Source: Dehalococcoidia bacterium
Lineage (GTDB): Bacteria; Chloroflexota; Dehalococcoidia; UBA2979
Assembly (NCBI GenBank): GCA_963667465.2
Contig: CAXXDN010000001.1
Coordinates: 448,001 to 512,000 of the forward strand
DNA: 64,000 nucleotides
Reading direction: 5' to 3'
Shown here one piece after another: positions 9,595-18,018 of the stretch. Below the pieces are notes generated by a model, which searched no databases, was not told the origin of the DNA, and saw only the letters and a program-made list of their open reading frames with translations. Numbering within the stretch: position 1 is the first letter of the stretch; each line of letters opens with the position of its first letter. The position numbers were made by a program, and so were the translations under genes.

Positions 9595-11154
9595 ATGCGC
9601 GCGATCCTGAGCGCCTACGACAAGACCGGCATCGCCGAACTGGCGAAAGGCTTGCACGACCTCGGCTGGGAACTGTTCTCGACCGGCCGCACGCAGGCCG
9701 CGATCGCCGAGGCGGGTGTACCCGTCGAAAGCATCGCCACGATGACGGGCAGTCCCGAGCTGCTCGAGGGGCGTGTGAAGACGCTGCACCCGAAGGTGCA
9801 CGGTGGCCTGCTCGCGCGCCGCGACCGCGAGGACGACGCAGCCGAGCTGGCGAAGCACGGCATCGAGCCTGTCGATCTCGTCGCGGTGAACCTCTATCCG
9901 TTCATCGAGACCGTCAGCGGCACGGACGTGAGCCTCGCCGAGGCGCTCGAGGAGATCGACATCGGCGGCCCGACCATGATCCGCGCCGCCGCCAAGAACC
10001 ACCCATGGGTCATTCCGGTCGTCGATCCTTCCGACTACTCGATGATCCTCGAGGCGTTGCGCGCGGGTGGGCTCGACGCCGGAGCGCGGCGCGCGCTGGC
10101 GGCCAGGGCGTTCGCGCACGTCGCCCACTACGACGCCGCGATCGCCGAGTACCTGCGAGGCGAGGACGACCTGCTGCCGGAGCAGTTGACGGCGGGCCTG
10201 ACGCGCGTCGACGAGCTGCGCTACGGCGAGAACCCGCACCAGCGCGGCGCCTTCTACACCCTCGACTCCGTGCGCGCGCCCGTCGAGGGCATCGGCGGCT
10301 TCGAGCAGCACCACGGCAAGGGGCTTTCGTACGTCAACCTGCTCGACGCGGACGCCGCCTACAACCTGGTGGCGGAGTGTCCGCAGCCCGCGGTGGCGAT
10401 CATCAAGCACACCAACCCCTGCTGCTTCGCCGCCGGCGACGAGCCGATCGCCGCGCTCTATGAGCGCGCTCTGCAGGCGGGCGACGCGATCTCCGCCTAC
10501 GGCGGTATCGTCGCCAGCAACCGCCCGATCGACCTCTCCTACGCGACGGCGCTGCGCGACGTGCTCAGCCCGATCACCGGCGGGCGCATGTTCTTCGAGA
10601 TCGTGATCGCGCCCGGCCACGAGCCGGACGGCCTCGCGCACCTGCAAAAGAAGTCCCGTGACCTGCGCATTCTCACCGTCCCTGCGGGCGACCCGCGCCG
10701 CCCTCGCCTCGAGTTCCGCTCGCTGCGCGGGGGGATGCTGGTCCAGCAATCCGATCTCTCGGAGGAGCTGGACTTCGAGGTCGTTAGCGAGCGGCAGCCG
10801 AGCGAGGCCGAGCTGGCCGACCTGCGGCTCGCCTGGCTTGTCGGCAAGCACGTGAAGTCCAACGCGATCACGCTCGTCAAGGACGGTGTGCTCGTCGGCA
10901 TGGGCGCGGGCCAGCCGAACCGCGTCGAGAGCGCGCGCCTGGCCGTACGCGGTGCGGGCGAGCACACCGCCGGTGCGGCGCTCGCCTCGGACGCGTTCTT
11001 CCCGTTCCCCGACTCGCTCGAGGTCGCCGGCGAGGCCGGCGTCACGACGGCGGCGCACCCGGGCGGCTCGATCCGCGACGAGGACTCGATCGCCGCGGCG
11101 AACGCGCTGGGCATGACCCTCGTCACCACCGGAGCCCGCCACTTCCGCCACTAG
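9595..11154 (+). CDS. purH: Bifunctional AICAR transformylase/IMP cyclohydrolase
   Basis: GRVKTLHP, IDIGGPTMIRAAAKN, LRYGENPHQ, KHTNPC, SDAFFPF, RHFRH. Confidence 0.97.
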   Translation: MRAILSAYDKTGIAELAKGLHDLGWELFSTGRTQAAIAEAGVPVESIATMTGSPELLEGRVKTLHPKVHGGLLARRDREDDAAELAKHGIEPVDLVAVNLYPFIETVSGTDVSLAEALEEIDIGGPTMIRAAAKNHPWVIPVVDPSDYSMILEALRAGGLDAGARRALAARAFAHVAHYDAAIAEYLRGEDDLLPEQLTAGLTRVDELRYGENPHQRGAFYTLDSVRAPVEGIGGFEQHHGKGLSYVNLLDADAAYNLVAECPQPAVAIIKHTNPCCFAAGDEPIAALYERALQAGDAISAYGGIVASNRPIDLSYATALRDVLSPITGGRMFFEIVIAPGHEPDGLAHLQKKSRDLRILTVPAGDPRRPRLEFRSLRGGMLVQQSDLSEELDFEVVSERQPSEAELADLRLAWLVGKHVKSNAITLVKDGVLVGMGAGQPNRVESARLAVRGAGEHTAGAALASDAFFPFPDSLEVAGEAGVTTAAHPGGSIRDEDSIAAANALGMTLVTTGARHFRH

Positions 11155-11176
11155 TTCCGGCCGAGCTGCCTCGACA

Positions 11177-11332
11177 GGCCCCCTCCCTCCTCGGAAGTTT
11201 CGAGGGCGCAGCGACGTCGGGGGGCACTCCGGCCCCCTCTCCCCTCGGAAGTTTCGAGGGCGCAGCGACGTCGGGGGGCAATCCGGCCCCCTCTCCCCTC
11301 GGAAGTTTCGAGTGCGCAGCGACGTCGGGGGG
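11177..11332 (+). repeat. Tandem 54-bp repeat, about 3 copies, interrupted by IS110
   Basis: Unit GGCCCCCTCTCCCCTCGGAAGTTTCGAGGGCGCAGCGACGTCGGGGGGCAATCC starting at 11177, 11231 and 11285; pattern resumes as GGGCAATCCGGCCCCCTC after 12837. Confidence 0.92.
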
Positions 11333-11390
11333 TGTCCCCATCTTCTTCGTCAAGGGTCGCGGGCCGGTGACGGTGGGCAAGGGGAGGCCA

Positions 11391-12605
11391 TCAGGCGGCC
11401 ACGGGCTCGTGTTGCGGGCCCGCGGCCTGGTACGCACGGCGCGAGCGAAGCATGGCGAGGATCACGTCGCAGCGCCGGCGCGCGAGGCAGATGACGGCCG
11501 CGTTGTGCGCCTTCCCCTCGGCCCGCTTGCGGTCGTAGAACGCCCTCGAGGCAGGGTCGCGCAGCGAGGCGAAGGCAGCGAGGAACATCGCGTTCTTGAG
11601 CCGGTGGTTGCCACGCCGGCTGCGGCCCTCGCCGCGGAGGCTGGAGCCGGACTGACGGGTCACGGGCGCGAGTCCGGCGTAGCTGGCGAGTCTCGATCCG
11701 TTTGCAAAGCGGGACCCGTCGCCGATCTCAGCGAGGATCCTCGACCCGGTCCGCGGACCGATGCCCGGAAGCGTGCCGAGGATGCGCCCGAAAGGGTGCG
11801 CGTTGAAGAGCTCCGCGATCTCGGTCTCGAGCCGCTCGCGGCGCTCAAACATGCGGTCGAGTTCGACGACTACCTCGGCGATCACGCGCCCCATCACGGT
11901 CTCGACGGGCACGACGACGGTCTGCGCGTCGAGCGCTTCGGCTACAGCTGCGGCAAGGGCCCTGGCGAGGCGCGGGGAGCGCTTCCGGATGATGCGGGCG
12001 ATGCGGCCGCGGCCGGCCTGGGCCAGCGCTTCGGGCACGGGGTGGGGGGCGAGAAGGTCGCGGACACCCGGATGGTGCAGCCTGGGGCCGAGAACGCGCT
12101 CCAGGGCCGGGGAAACACCCGTCAGTGCGTCACGAAGCCGGTTCGAGAGCCGTGTGGCGTCGGCCGCAAGGTCGGCGTCGTAGCCGTTGAGGACGCGCAA
12201 CTGCGCGAGCAGCTCGTCGTCGCGGGCGTCGAGCCAGTGCACCTGGTGGCGCCGGGTGCGGCCGGTGTCGGCGAGCACGAAGGCGTCGCGGCGGTCGGTC
12301 TTGGCCTCGCCCGGGTAGAGGTCGGCGGCGCGGCGCATCACCAGTCCGGGCACGTAGGCAACGGGAACGCCCCGGCGAGCGGCGACCGCGAGCACGAGGC
12401 TCGCGAGCGAGCCGGGCTGATCCACGACCAGTGCCGGGCTGCCGGTCGACGTCGCGCGGTCGAGCAGGGCCTCGATCTCCGCCTCGTCGTTGGCGACGGC
12501 TCTGGAGAAGAGCGGCGAGCCCGCGGCGTCGAGCACGTCGGCAAAGTGCTCCGCCTTCCCGATGTCGAGGCCGATCCACACGTCGATGTCGTCGGGCGTA
12601 CCCAC
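11391..12605 (-). CDS. IS110 family transposase (bridge recombinase)
   Basis: WIGLDIGK...VVDQPG...EAKTDRRDA DEDD domain; LPGIG, LASYAGLAP, RQSG catalytic Ser region; AAGGGAG RBS before GTG 12605. Confidence 0.96.
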   Translation of the reverse strand: MGTPDDIDVWIGLDIGKAEHFADVLDAAGSPLFSRAVANDEAEIEALLDRATSTGSPALVVDQPGSLASLVLAVAARRGVPVAYVPGLVMRRAADLYPGEAKTDRRDAFVLADTGRTRRHQVHWLDARDDELLAQLRVLNGYDADLAADATRLSNRLRDALTGVSPALERVLGPRLHHPGVRDLLAPHPVPEALAQAGRGRIARIIRKRSPRLARALAAAVAEALDAQTVVVPVETVMGRVIAEVVVELDRMFERRERLETEIAELFNAHPFGRILGTLPGIGPRTGSRILAEIGDGSRFANGSRLASYAGLAPVTRQSGSSLRGEGRSRRGNHRLKNAMFLAAFASLRDPASRAFYDRKRAEGKAHNAAVICLARRRCDVILAMLRSRRAYQAAGPQHEPVAA

Positions 12606-12654
12606 TGTGGCTCCCTTCGGTTGCTCGCCCACTCGTCCGGAAGGCCGCAGGTAC

Positions 12655-12830
12655 GCTCGCCGTCATCCACCTTACGAATCAGCGATCCGCCGCATGTCCC
12701 CATCAGAGGTTCACGCACCGAACAGCGCCGGTGGCAACACCCCCCAGGCCGTCGAGCGACAGGGGGCACTGAGCCATGCCGGCGCTGCCGGACTTCCCGG
12801 TCTCAGACGCTACTGAGGCCGTACGGAGAA
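12655..12830 (-). ncRNA. Putative IS110 bridge RNA (target-binding loop ~12723-12787, donor-binding loop ~12660-12716)
   Basis: Stem CAGCGCCGG/CCGGCGCTG encloses segments matching the target junctions; the second loop has exact matches to both element ends; RNA ends approximate. Confidence 0.8.
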
Positions 12831-12844
12831 AGTAAGGGGGCAAT

Positions 12845-12890
12845 CCGGCCCCCTCCGCCCTCGCGGGGGAGGGCGGGGGTGAGGGGGCGC
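12845..12890. repeat. REP-like GC-rich palindrome (divergent fourth repeat unit)
   Basis: CCGGCCCCCTCCGCCCTCGCGGGGGAGGGCGGGGGTGAGGGGG, an imperfect hairpin resembling the widespread CCCCTCTCCC..GGGAGAGGG..GGGTGAGGG repeats. Confidence 0.55.
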
Positions 12891-12962
12891 CGCGCGGCAG
12901 CGCGGCCAGCGAGGAGCACCGGTTGCCCCGAACGCGTCATAACCCGCTACGATTGGCGCACG

Positions 12963-13715
12963 ATGGCGAACGTCGACCTTGTGCTGCCGGTCTACAACGA
13001 GGAGCTGATCCTCGCGCAGAGCGTCGCGCGCGTTCTCGAATGGACAAACGCGCACCCGGAGCACGAGTGGCGGATCGTCGTCGCCGACAACGCCTCGACG
13101 GACCGAACCTTCCAGATCGCACGCGAGCTGGAGGAGGAGCGCGGCGACGGAGGCGGCGGAGGCTTCGTCGCACTGCACATCCCGGTCAAGGGGCGCGGCA
13201 TCGCGCTGCGTGTCAGCTGGCTGACCTCGCCGGCCGACGTGCTGGCCTACATGGATGTCGATCTCTCGACGGACCTGAAGCACCTGCCGGAGCTGATCGA
13301 CCCGATCGCCGCGGGCGAGGTGGACATCAGCTACGGGACGCGGCTGCACGACGACTCGGAGACGGAGCGCTCGCTGCGCCGCGAGTTCACCTCGAGGACC
13401 TACGTGCAGATCCTGCGGCGGCTGGGGCGGCTCAACGTCACCGATGCGCAGTGCGGGTTCAAGGCGATCGGCCGCGAGCCCGCGCGGGCGCTGCTGCCGC
13501 TGGTGCGCGACACGGGCTGGTTCTTCGACTCCGAGCTGCTGCTGCTGGCGCAGGAGAACGGCTATCGCCTGCGCGAGGTGCCCGTGCGCTGGATCGAGGA
13601 TCGCGACAGCCGCGTCAAGATCCTGCACACGGCGATCGAGGACCTCAAGGGACTGTGGCGGCTGCGCATCGGCGGGGTGCCGCGGGTGCCGCAGCGCGGC
13701 GGCGGCGGCGGCTGA
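12963..13715 (+). CDS. Glycosyltransferase family 2 (dolichyl-phosphate glucosyltransferase-like)
   Basis: VLPVYNEE, VADNASTD, KGRG, YMDVDLST, DAQCGFKA, WFFDSELL. Confidence 0.93.
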   Translation: MANVDLVLPVYNEELILAQSVARVLEWTNAHPEHEWRIVVADNASTDRTFQIARELEEERGDGGGGGFVALHIPVKGRGIALRVSWLTSPADVLAYMDVDLSTDLKHLPELIDPIAAGEVDISYGTRLHDDSETERSLRREFTSRTYVQILRRLGRLNVTDAQCGFKAIGREPARALLPLVRDTGWFFDSELLLLAQENGYRLREVPVRWIEDRDSRVKILHTAIEDLKGLWRLRIGGVPRVPQRGGGGG

Positions 13716-13780
13716 GTGCGGAACCGGGGCCGCCGCGTCCGGATCCGGCGCATTCCGGGCCCTCGCGGACGCTCGAATCC

Positions 13781-13810
13781 TTGACCGTAGGAAAGGGGCG
13801 TCGCTAGGAT
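13781..13810 (+). promoter_or_regulatory. Sigma70-type promoter for the cytochrome operon
   Basis: TTGACC-N18-TAGGAT. Confidence 0.55.
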
Positions 13811-13885
13811 CGCGGCGCCTGGGAGTGGGGCTGCTGGCCTCGCTGAGGCGGCTGCTTGCCTCGGGCAGCGAAAGAGGGGCGCTCC

Positions 13886-13993
13886 ATGATCTTCGGTGAA
13901 GTCGGAGAGGCGCTTGAACTCACCATCATCTTCGTTCTGATGATGGGAGCCTTCGCAACGCTCGTGCTGCTCGGCAAGTGGTGGGAAGCCTAG
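13886..13993 (+). CDS. 35-aa single-TM micro-protein, possible small subunit of the Rieske/cyt b complex
   Basis: MIFGEVGEALELTIIFVLMMGAFATLVLLGKWWEA; AGAGGGG RBS; not in the ORF track. Confidence 0.65.
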   Translation: MIFGEVGEALELTIIFVLMMGAFATLVLLGKWWEA

Positions 13994-14041
13994 AGACGGC
14001 TACAACCATCGGCTCGCGCGTGAGCTGATCGGGGGGAGCGG

Positions 14042-14797
14042 ATGGCGACGACTGAGCGCCCGCAGGGCCGACCGCTTGCTGATCGGCTGTACGACTTCAC
14101 CGTCAACAACCGCGTCTGGCGTTCGATCATCCGCACCGGCTACCCGAACACGCCGCGTAACCAGATGCTCGCCGTCGCCACGAACGTCTTCCTGCACCTG
14201 CACCCGACGCGCATCCACCGCACCCACGTCAAGATCACGCACACCTACTGCCTCGGCGGGCTCTCCTTCTTCCTCTTCCTCGGGCTGACGATCACCGGCG
14301 TGCTGCTGATGTTCTATTACGTGCCCTCGGTCGAGCGGGCCTACCAGGACATGCAGGCGCTGCAGACGGACGTGCGCTTCGGGATGCTGATGCGCAACAC
14401 GCACCGCTGGATGGCGCATGGCATGGTGATCACCGTGCTGATGCACATGATGAGGGTCTTCTACACCGGCGCGTACAAGCCGCCTCGCGAGTTCAACTGG
14501 ATCGTCGGCGTCGTGCTGCTCGTGCTCACGCTGCTGCTCTCCTTCACCGGCTACCTGCTGCCGTGGGATGAGCTGGCCTTCTGGGCGATTACCGTCGGCA
14601 CGAACATGATCGGCTCCGACCCGATCCTCGGCGAGGTCAACCAGTTCGTCATGATCGGCGGCTTCGAGGTCGGCCAGAACGCCCTCATCCGCTTCTACAC
14701 CCTCCATGTGGTAGGACTGCCGCTGCTGGCGGCGATCTTCATGGCCGTGCACTTCTGGCGAATCCGCCGTGACGGCGGGCTCGCCCGGCCGCTCTAG
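14042..14797 (+). CDS. Cytochrome b6-like subunit (N-terminal half of split cytochrome b)
   Basis: YCLGG heme-ci Cys, HRW..H heme ligands, FTGYLLPWD, second His pair spaced by 14 residues. Confidence 0.95.
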   Translation: MATTERPQGRPLADRLYDFTVNNRVWRSIIRTGYPNTPRNQMLAVATNVFLHLHPTRIHRTHVKITHTYCLGGLSFFLFLGLTITGVLLMFYYVPSVERAYQDMQALQTDVRFGMLMRNTHRWMAHGMVITVLMHMMRVFYTGAYKPPREFNWIVGVVLLVLTLLLSFTGYLLPWDELAFWAITVGTNMIGSDPILGEVNQFVMIGGFEVGQNALIRFYTLHVVGLPLLAAIFMAVHFWRIRRDGGLARPL

Positions 14798-14836
14798 GCG
14801 CCGGGCGCAGACGCGCGGAGAGGCGAAGGAACGCCG

Positions 14837-15772
14837 ATGGTCGCCGACGCTCCTGCTCGCGGTCCCTCGAGGTCGCGTGGCGCCGTACCCAGCTCACGCC
14901 CGCGCCGCCAGCGCGAGGAAGAGCTGCTGGTCTGGCCCGACCTCGTCTTCGTCGAGTTCATCTCGGCGCTGGTCTTCACGCTCACGTTCGTCGCGCTCGC
15001 GATCCTCATCAACGCGCCGCTGCAGGACCGCGCAAACCCGGCCAACACGCCGAACCCCTCGAAGGCGCCGTGGTACTTCCTGAACCTGCAGGAGCTGCTG
15101 TTGCACATGCATCCGGCGCTGGCCGGAGTGATCGTGCCCACGATCTTCCTGATCATCCTCGGCGCCTTGCCCTTCTTCGACACCTCGAACGAGGGCCAGG
15201 GGCAGTGGCTGAGCACGCCGCGCGCCTGGCCGAACGTGATCGTCGGCTTCATCGTCGGCACGGTCGGCACCTGGGCGCTGATCATCTACAACTCGAGCAA
15301 GCACATCGTCGTCTACGAGCGCTTCACCTTCGATGCCGACAGCTTCGACAACTTCCCGCCGCTGATCGTCGACGAGCGGCTGCGCGAGTGGCCGGAGGCC
15401 CTGGGCTGGCTGACGAGCGTTCGCGCACTGCAGACGGAGATCGCCTGGCCGAGCGAGCTGGAGACGATCCCCCTCGGCGAGACGTTCGTCCGCACGGACT
15501 TGCTCGGATTGCCGCGCGGCAGCATCCAGTGGAACTTCCCGGCCTGGATCGTCGAGCAGGCGATCCCGATCAACCTGATGGTGGGGCTGCCGCTGTTGCT
15601 CTGTTTCGTCGCCTGGCGGCTCGGGCTGGCGAAGACGCGGCGCGACTTCATGATCCTGATGTTCTCCGGCTGGCTGGGCTCCTACCTGGCGCTCACGATG
15701 GCCGGGACGTACTTCCGCGGCGAGGGCCTCGAACTGCTCTGGCCGTGGGAAGTCCGGCCGGCCGAGTCCTAG
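14837..15772 (+). CDS. Cytochrome b subunit IV-like (C-terminal half) with long extension
   Basis: WPDLV, ANPANTPNPSKAPWYF (PEWY equivalent), LPFFD. Confidence 0.88.
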   Translation: MVADAPARGPSRSRGAVPSSRPRRQREEELLVWPDLVFVEFISALVFTLTFVALAILINAPLQDRANPANTPNPSKAPWYFLNLQELLLHMHPALAGVIVPTIFLIILGALPFFDTSNEGQGQWLSTPRAWPNVIVGFIVGTVGTWALIIYNSSKHIVVYERFTFDADSFDNFPPLIVDERLREWPEALGWLTSVRALQTEIAWPSELETIPLGETFVRTDLLGLPRGSIQWNFPAWIVEQAIPINLMVGLPLLLCFVAWRLGLAKTRRDFMILMFSGWLGSYLALTMAGTYFRGEGLELLWPWEVRPAES

Positions 15773-15794
15773 GCGGCGGACGAGGAGTGCTGCA

Positions 15795-16478
15795 GTGACG
15801 AACGAGGCGGAAAGCGGAGGCGCCGCGGTGCAGGACGCTCCCGACCCCGGGCAGGTAACGGATGCCTGGCGCGAGGCGATCGCCGCGCGCCGCACCCGCG
15901 CGCCCGAGGACGCGCCGGTCCCCGGCGCCCAGGCGCGCAGGCCGACCGGCCCCATCGCCTCGCGGCGCAACTTCATCCGCGCCTCCTTCTGGGGCGGCCT
16001 CGGACTGGCGTTGCTCGGCGTCGTCGGCTCGCTGCTGGACTTCATGTACCCGCGCGGGATCAAGGGCTTCGGTGGCCCGGTGCCCGCGGGCAACATCTCC
16101 GAGTTCCCCCAGGGCGGGGACCCGGTCCACTTCATCACCGGGCAGTTCTGGCTGGTAAACCTCGACCCGAGCGAGACGCGCCCGGGCGGCAGCGGAGGCG
16201 GCGAGGGACTGCTGGCGCTCTGGCACAAGTGCCCGCATCTCGGCTGCACGGTGCCGTGGCGCTCCGGCTTCACCTACGACAACGACCAGGGCTGGTACCG
16301 CTGCCCCTGCCACGGCTCCACCTACACCAAGTCCGGCATCCGTGTCTTCGGCCCGGCCCCGCGCTCGATGACCACGATGAAGGTGGACGTCGACGCAGCG
16401 GGCAACATCACCGTGCAGACCGGCGATCGCACGGACGGCGGTCCGGACAACCCGCAGCGCGCGGGCGCGAACTCCTGA
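15795..16478 (+). CDS. Rieske 2Fe-2S protein of quinol:cytochrome c oxidoreductase
   Basis: Tat-like SRRNFI plus TM anchor; CPHLGC and CPCHGSTY boxes; GPAPRS. Confidence 0.95.
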   Translation: MTNEAESGGAAVQDAPDPGQVTDAWREAIAARRTRAPEDAPVPGAQARRPTGPIASRRNFIRASFWGGLGLALLGVVGSLLDFMYPRGIKGFGGPVPAGNISEFPQGGDPVHFITGQFWLVNLDPSETRPGGSGGGEGLLALWHKCPHLGCTVPWRSGFTYDNDQGWYRCPCHGSTYTKSGIRVFGPAPRSMTTMKVDVDAAGNITVQTGDRTDGGPDNPQRAGANS

Positions 16479-16530
16479 TGCAGCGGGTGACGCAGCAGGC
16501 CGGCGGACCCTCTCGGGAAACTGAGGCGAG

Positions 16531-17583
16531 ATGAACACCAGCAAACAGGTCAACGTGATGATCGGGCTGCTGTTCGTGACCTTCGTCGTCACCGTCGGCT
16601 ACCTCTTCAACGAGGCCAACCGCCAGGAGGTCGAGTCCGCCGAGATCAACGAGCGCAACGCCCACCGCGGCGCGCGCCTCTTCGTGCAGAACTGCCGCAA
16701 CTGCCACGGCCTCGACGGATCGGGCAAGGACGCCGAGGGCAAGGGCACCATCGGCGTCGCGGTGAACGCCCCGCACTTCCTCATCCTCGGCGAGGACAAC
16801 GTCTACGGCGCCGCCGCCACCTCCGAGAGCGAGGCGGAGAACATCCGCAACTACCTGCGAGAAACCATCACCTGCGGTCGCGTGGGCACCTACATGCCGA
16901 AGTGGGACATCGATTTCGGCGGCTCGCTCTCGGCGACGCAGGTCGAGCAGCTCGTCACGCTGATCACCGGCGACCCCAGCGGCGAGCACGACTACTGGGA
17001 TCTCGTCCTCGAGGAGGGCGAGCACTCCGACGAGGAGCAGTTCGGCGCGGTCCTCGAGAAGGAACTCGGCCGCCACCCGACCGCCGCCGAGATCCACGCG
17101 CGGAGCGAGCAGGAGACGATCACCCGCGACGCGGCCACGATCACGATCACCACGGACAACTGTGGCCAGTTCTCCAACGACACGAAGCTCACGCGCCGCA
17201 CCCGTACCGACCCACGCACGGTCGTGGGCGCGGTCACGCCTGCCGGTGACGGCGGCGCGGCCACGGCCACGCCGGCCCCGACCGGCCCGACGGCGCCTCA
17301 GGGCGAGCAGCTCGTGAACGCCCTCGGTTGCGTCGCCTGCCACACGCTCGATGGCACCGAGCTGGTCGGCCCGACCTGGCTGGGCCTGTTCGGCCGCACG
17401 GAGCAGCTGGAAGGCGGCGGCAGCGTCGTGGTCGACGAGGCCTACCTCCGCGAGTCGATCGTGATGTCGCAGGCGAAGATCGTCCTCGGGTTCGCGGATG
17501 TTGCCGCAATGCCCGATTTCAGTAGCCTCACCGACCTCCAGCTTGAATCGATCATCCTTTACCTGAAGACGCTCGTTCCGTAG
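16531..17583 (+). CDS. Membrane-anchored diheme cytochrome c
   Basis: N-terminal TM; CRNCH and CVACH; distal MP ligands; YLRESI motif of the C-terminal c domain. Confidence 0.92.
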   Translation: MNTSKQVNVMIGLLFVTFVVTVGYLFNEANRQEVESAEINERNAHRGARLFVQNCRNCHGLDGSGKDAEGKGTIGVAVNAPHFLILGEDNVYGAAATSESEAENIRNYLRETITCGRVGTYMPKWDIDFGGSLSATQVEQLVTLITGDPSGEHDYWDLVLEEGEHSDEEQFGAVLEKELGRHPTAAEIHARSEQETITRDAATITITTDNCGQFSNDTKLTRRTRTDPRTVVGAVTPAGDGGAATATPAPTGPTAPQGEQLVNALGCVACHTLDGTELVGPTWLGLFGRTEQLEGGGSVVVDEAYLRESIVMSQAKIVLGFADVAAMPDFSSLTDLQLESIILYLKTLVP

Positions 17584-17670
17584 GAGCGGCGCGGCGCCGC
17601 ACGAGGACAGCGACGGGCGAACCGGGCGAGAGAGACAGACTGGCGGGACGACCCGCCGAAGGGAGAAGAG

Positions 17671-17790
17671 ATGGCAGAAGTCGAAACGGGGAAGCGCTAC
17701 CGCTGCCCGGATTGCGGCGCGGAGTTCATCGTCACGCGCGGCGGCGAGGGCACCCTTCGCTGCGGCGACAACGAGCTCGAGCAGATCTAG
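17671..17790 (+). CDS. 39-aa desulforedoxin-like zinc-ribbon micro-protein
   Basis: MAEVETGKRYRCPDCGAEFIVTRGGEGTLRCGDNELEQI; AAGGGAG RBS; not in the ORF track. Confidence 0.8.
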   Translation: MAEVETGKRYRCPDCGAEFIVTRGGEGTLRCGDNELEQI

Positions 17791-17799
17791 GAGCGCCCG

Positions 17800-17943
17800 A
17801 TGGCAGTCGCACTTGGTAAGCGCTACAAGGACGAGAACTCCGAGATCGAGGTGCTCTGCATCAAGCCCGGCGAATGCAACCTCAACGTCGACGGGCGCGG
17901 CATGGAGGAACTGCAGCCGAAGGTGCTGCCCTCCGCCGACTAG
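17800..17943 (+). CDS. 47-aa GKRY...LPSAD micro-protein (paralogue of upstream ORF)
   Basis: MAVALGKRYKDENSEIEVLCIKPGECNLNVDGRGMEELQPKVLPSAD; AGGAG RBS; not in the ORF track. Confidence 0.8.
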   Translation: MAVALGKRYKDENSEIEVLCIKPGECNLNVDGRGMEELQPKVLPSAD

Positions 17944-18018
17944 CAGCGGCCGGTCCCGCATCCATCGCCAAAGCCGGGAGCAGCGCTCCCGGCTGCTGCG
18001 CGTCCCGCACCCGCCGTC

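Larger units (their letters stand above)
11333..12837 (-). mobile_element. IS110-family insertion sequence (about 1.5 kb, no terminal inverted repeats)
   Basis: Boundaries defined by interruption of the 54-bp repeat inside a G-run; IS900-like left end CCTTACTTTC and outward TTGACG at the right end. Confidence 0.9.

Noticed and set aside
11177-11332. 54-bp repeats as a CRISPR array
   Set aside because: Units are contiguous with no unique spacers, and there are no cas genes in the window
11367-12962. N-terminal part of the 782-aa ORF joined to the GT2
   Set aside because: Antisense read-through of the IS110 transposase; GT2 homology begins at ATG 12963
14042-17583. Cytochrome b6 as evidence of photosynthesis
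   Set aside because: No cytochrome f or photosystem genes; split b6-type complexes occur in many non-phototrophs
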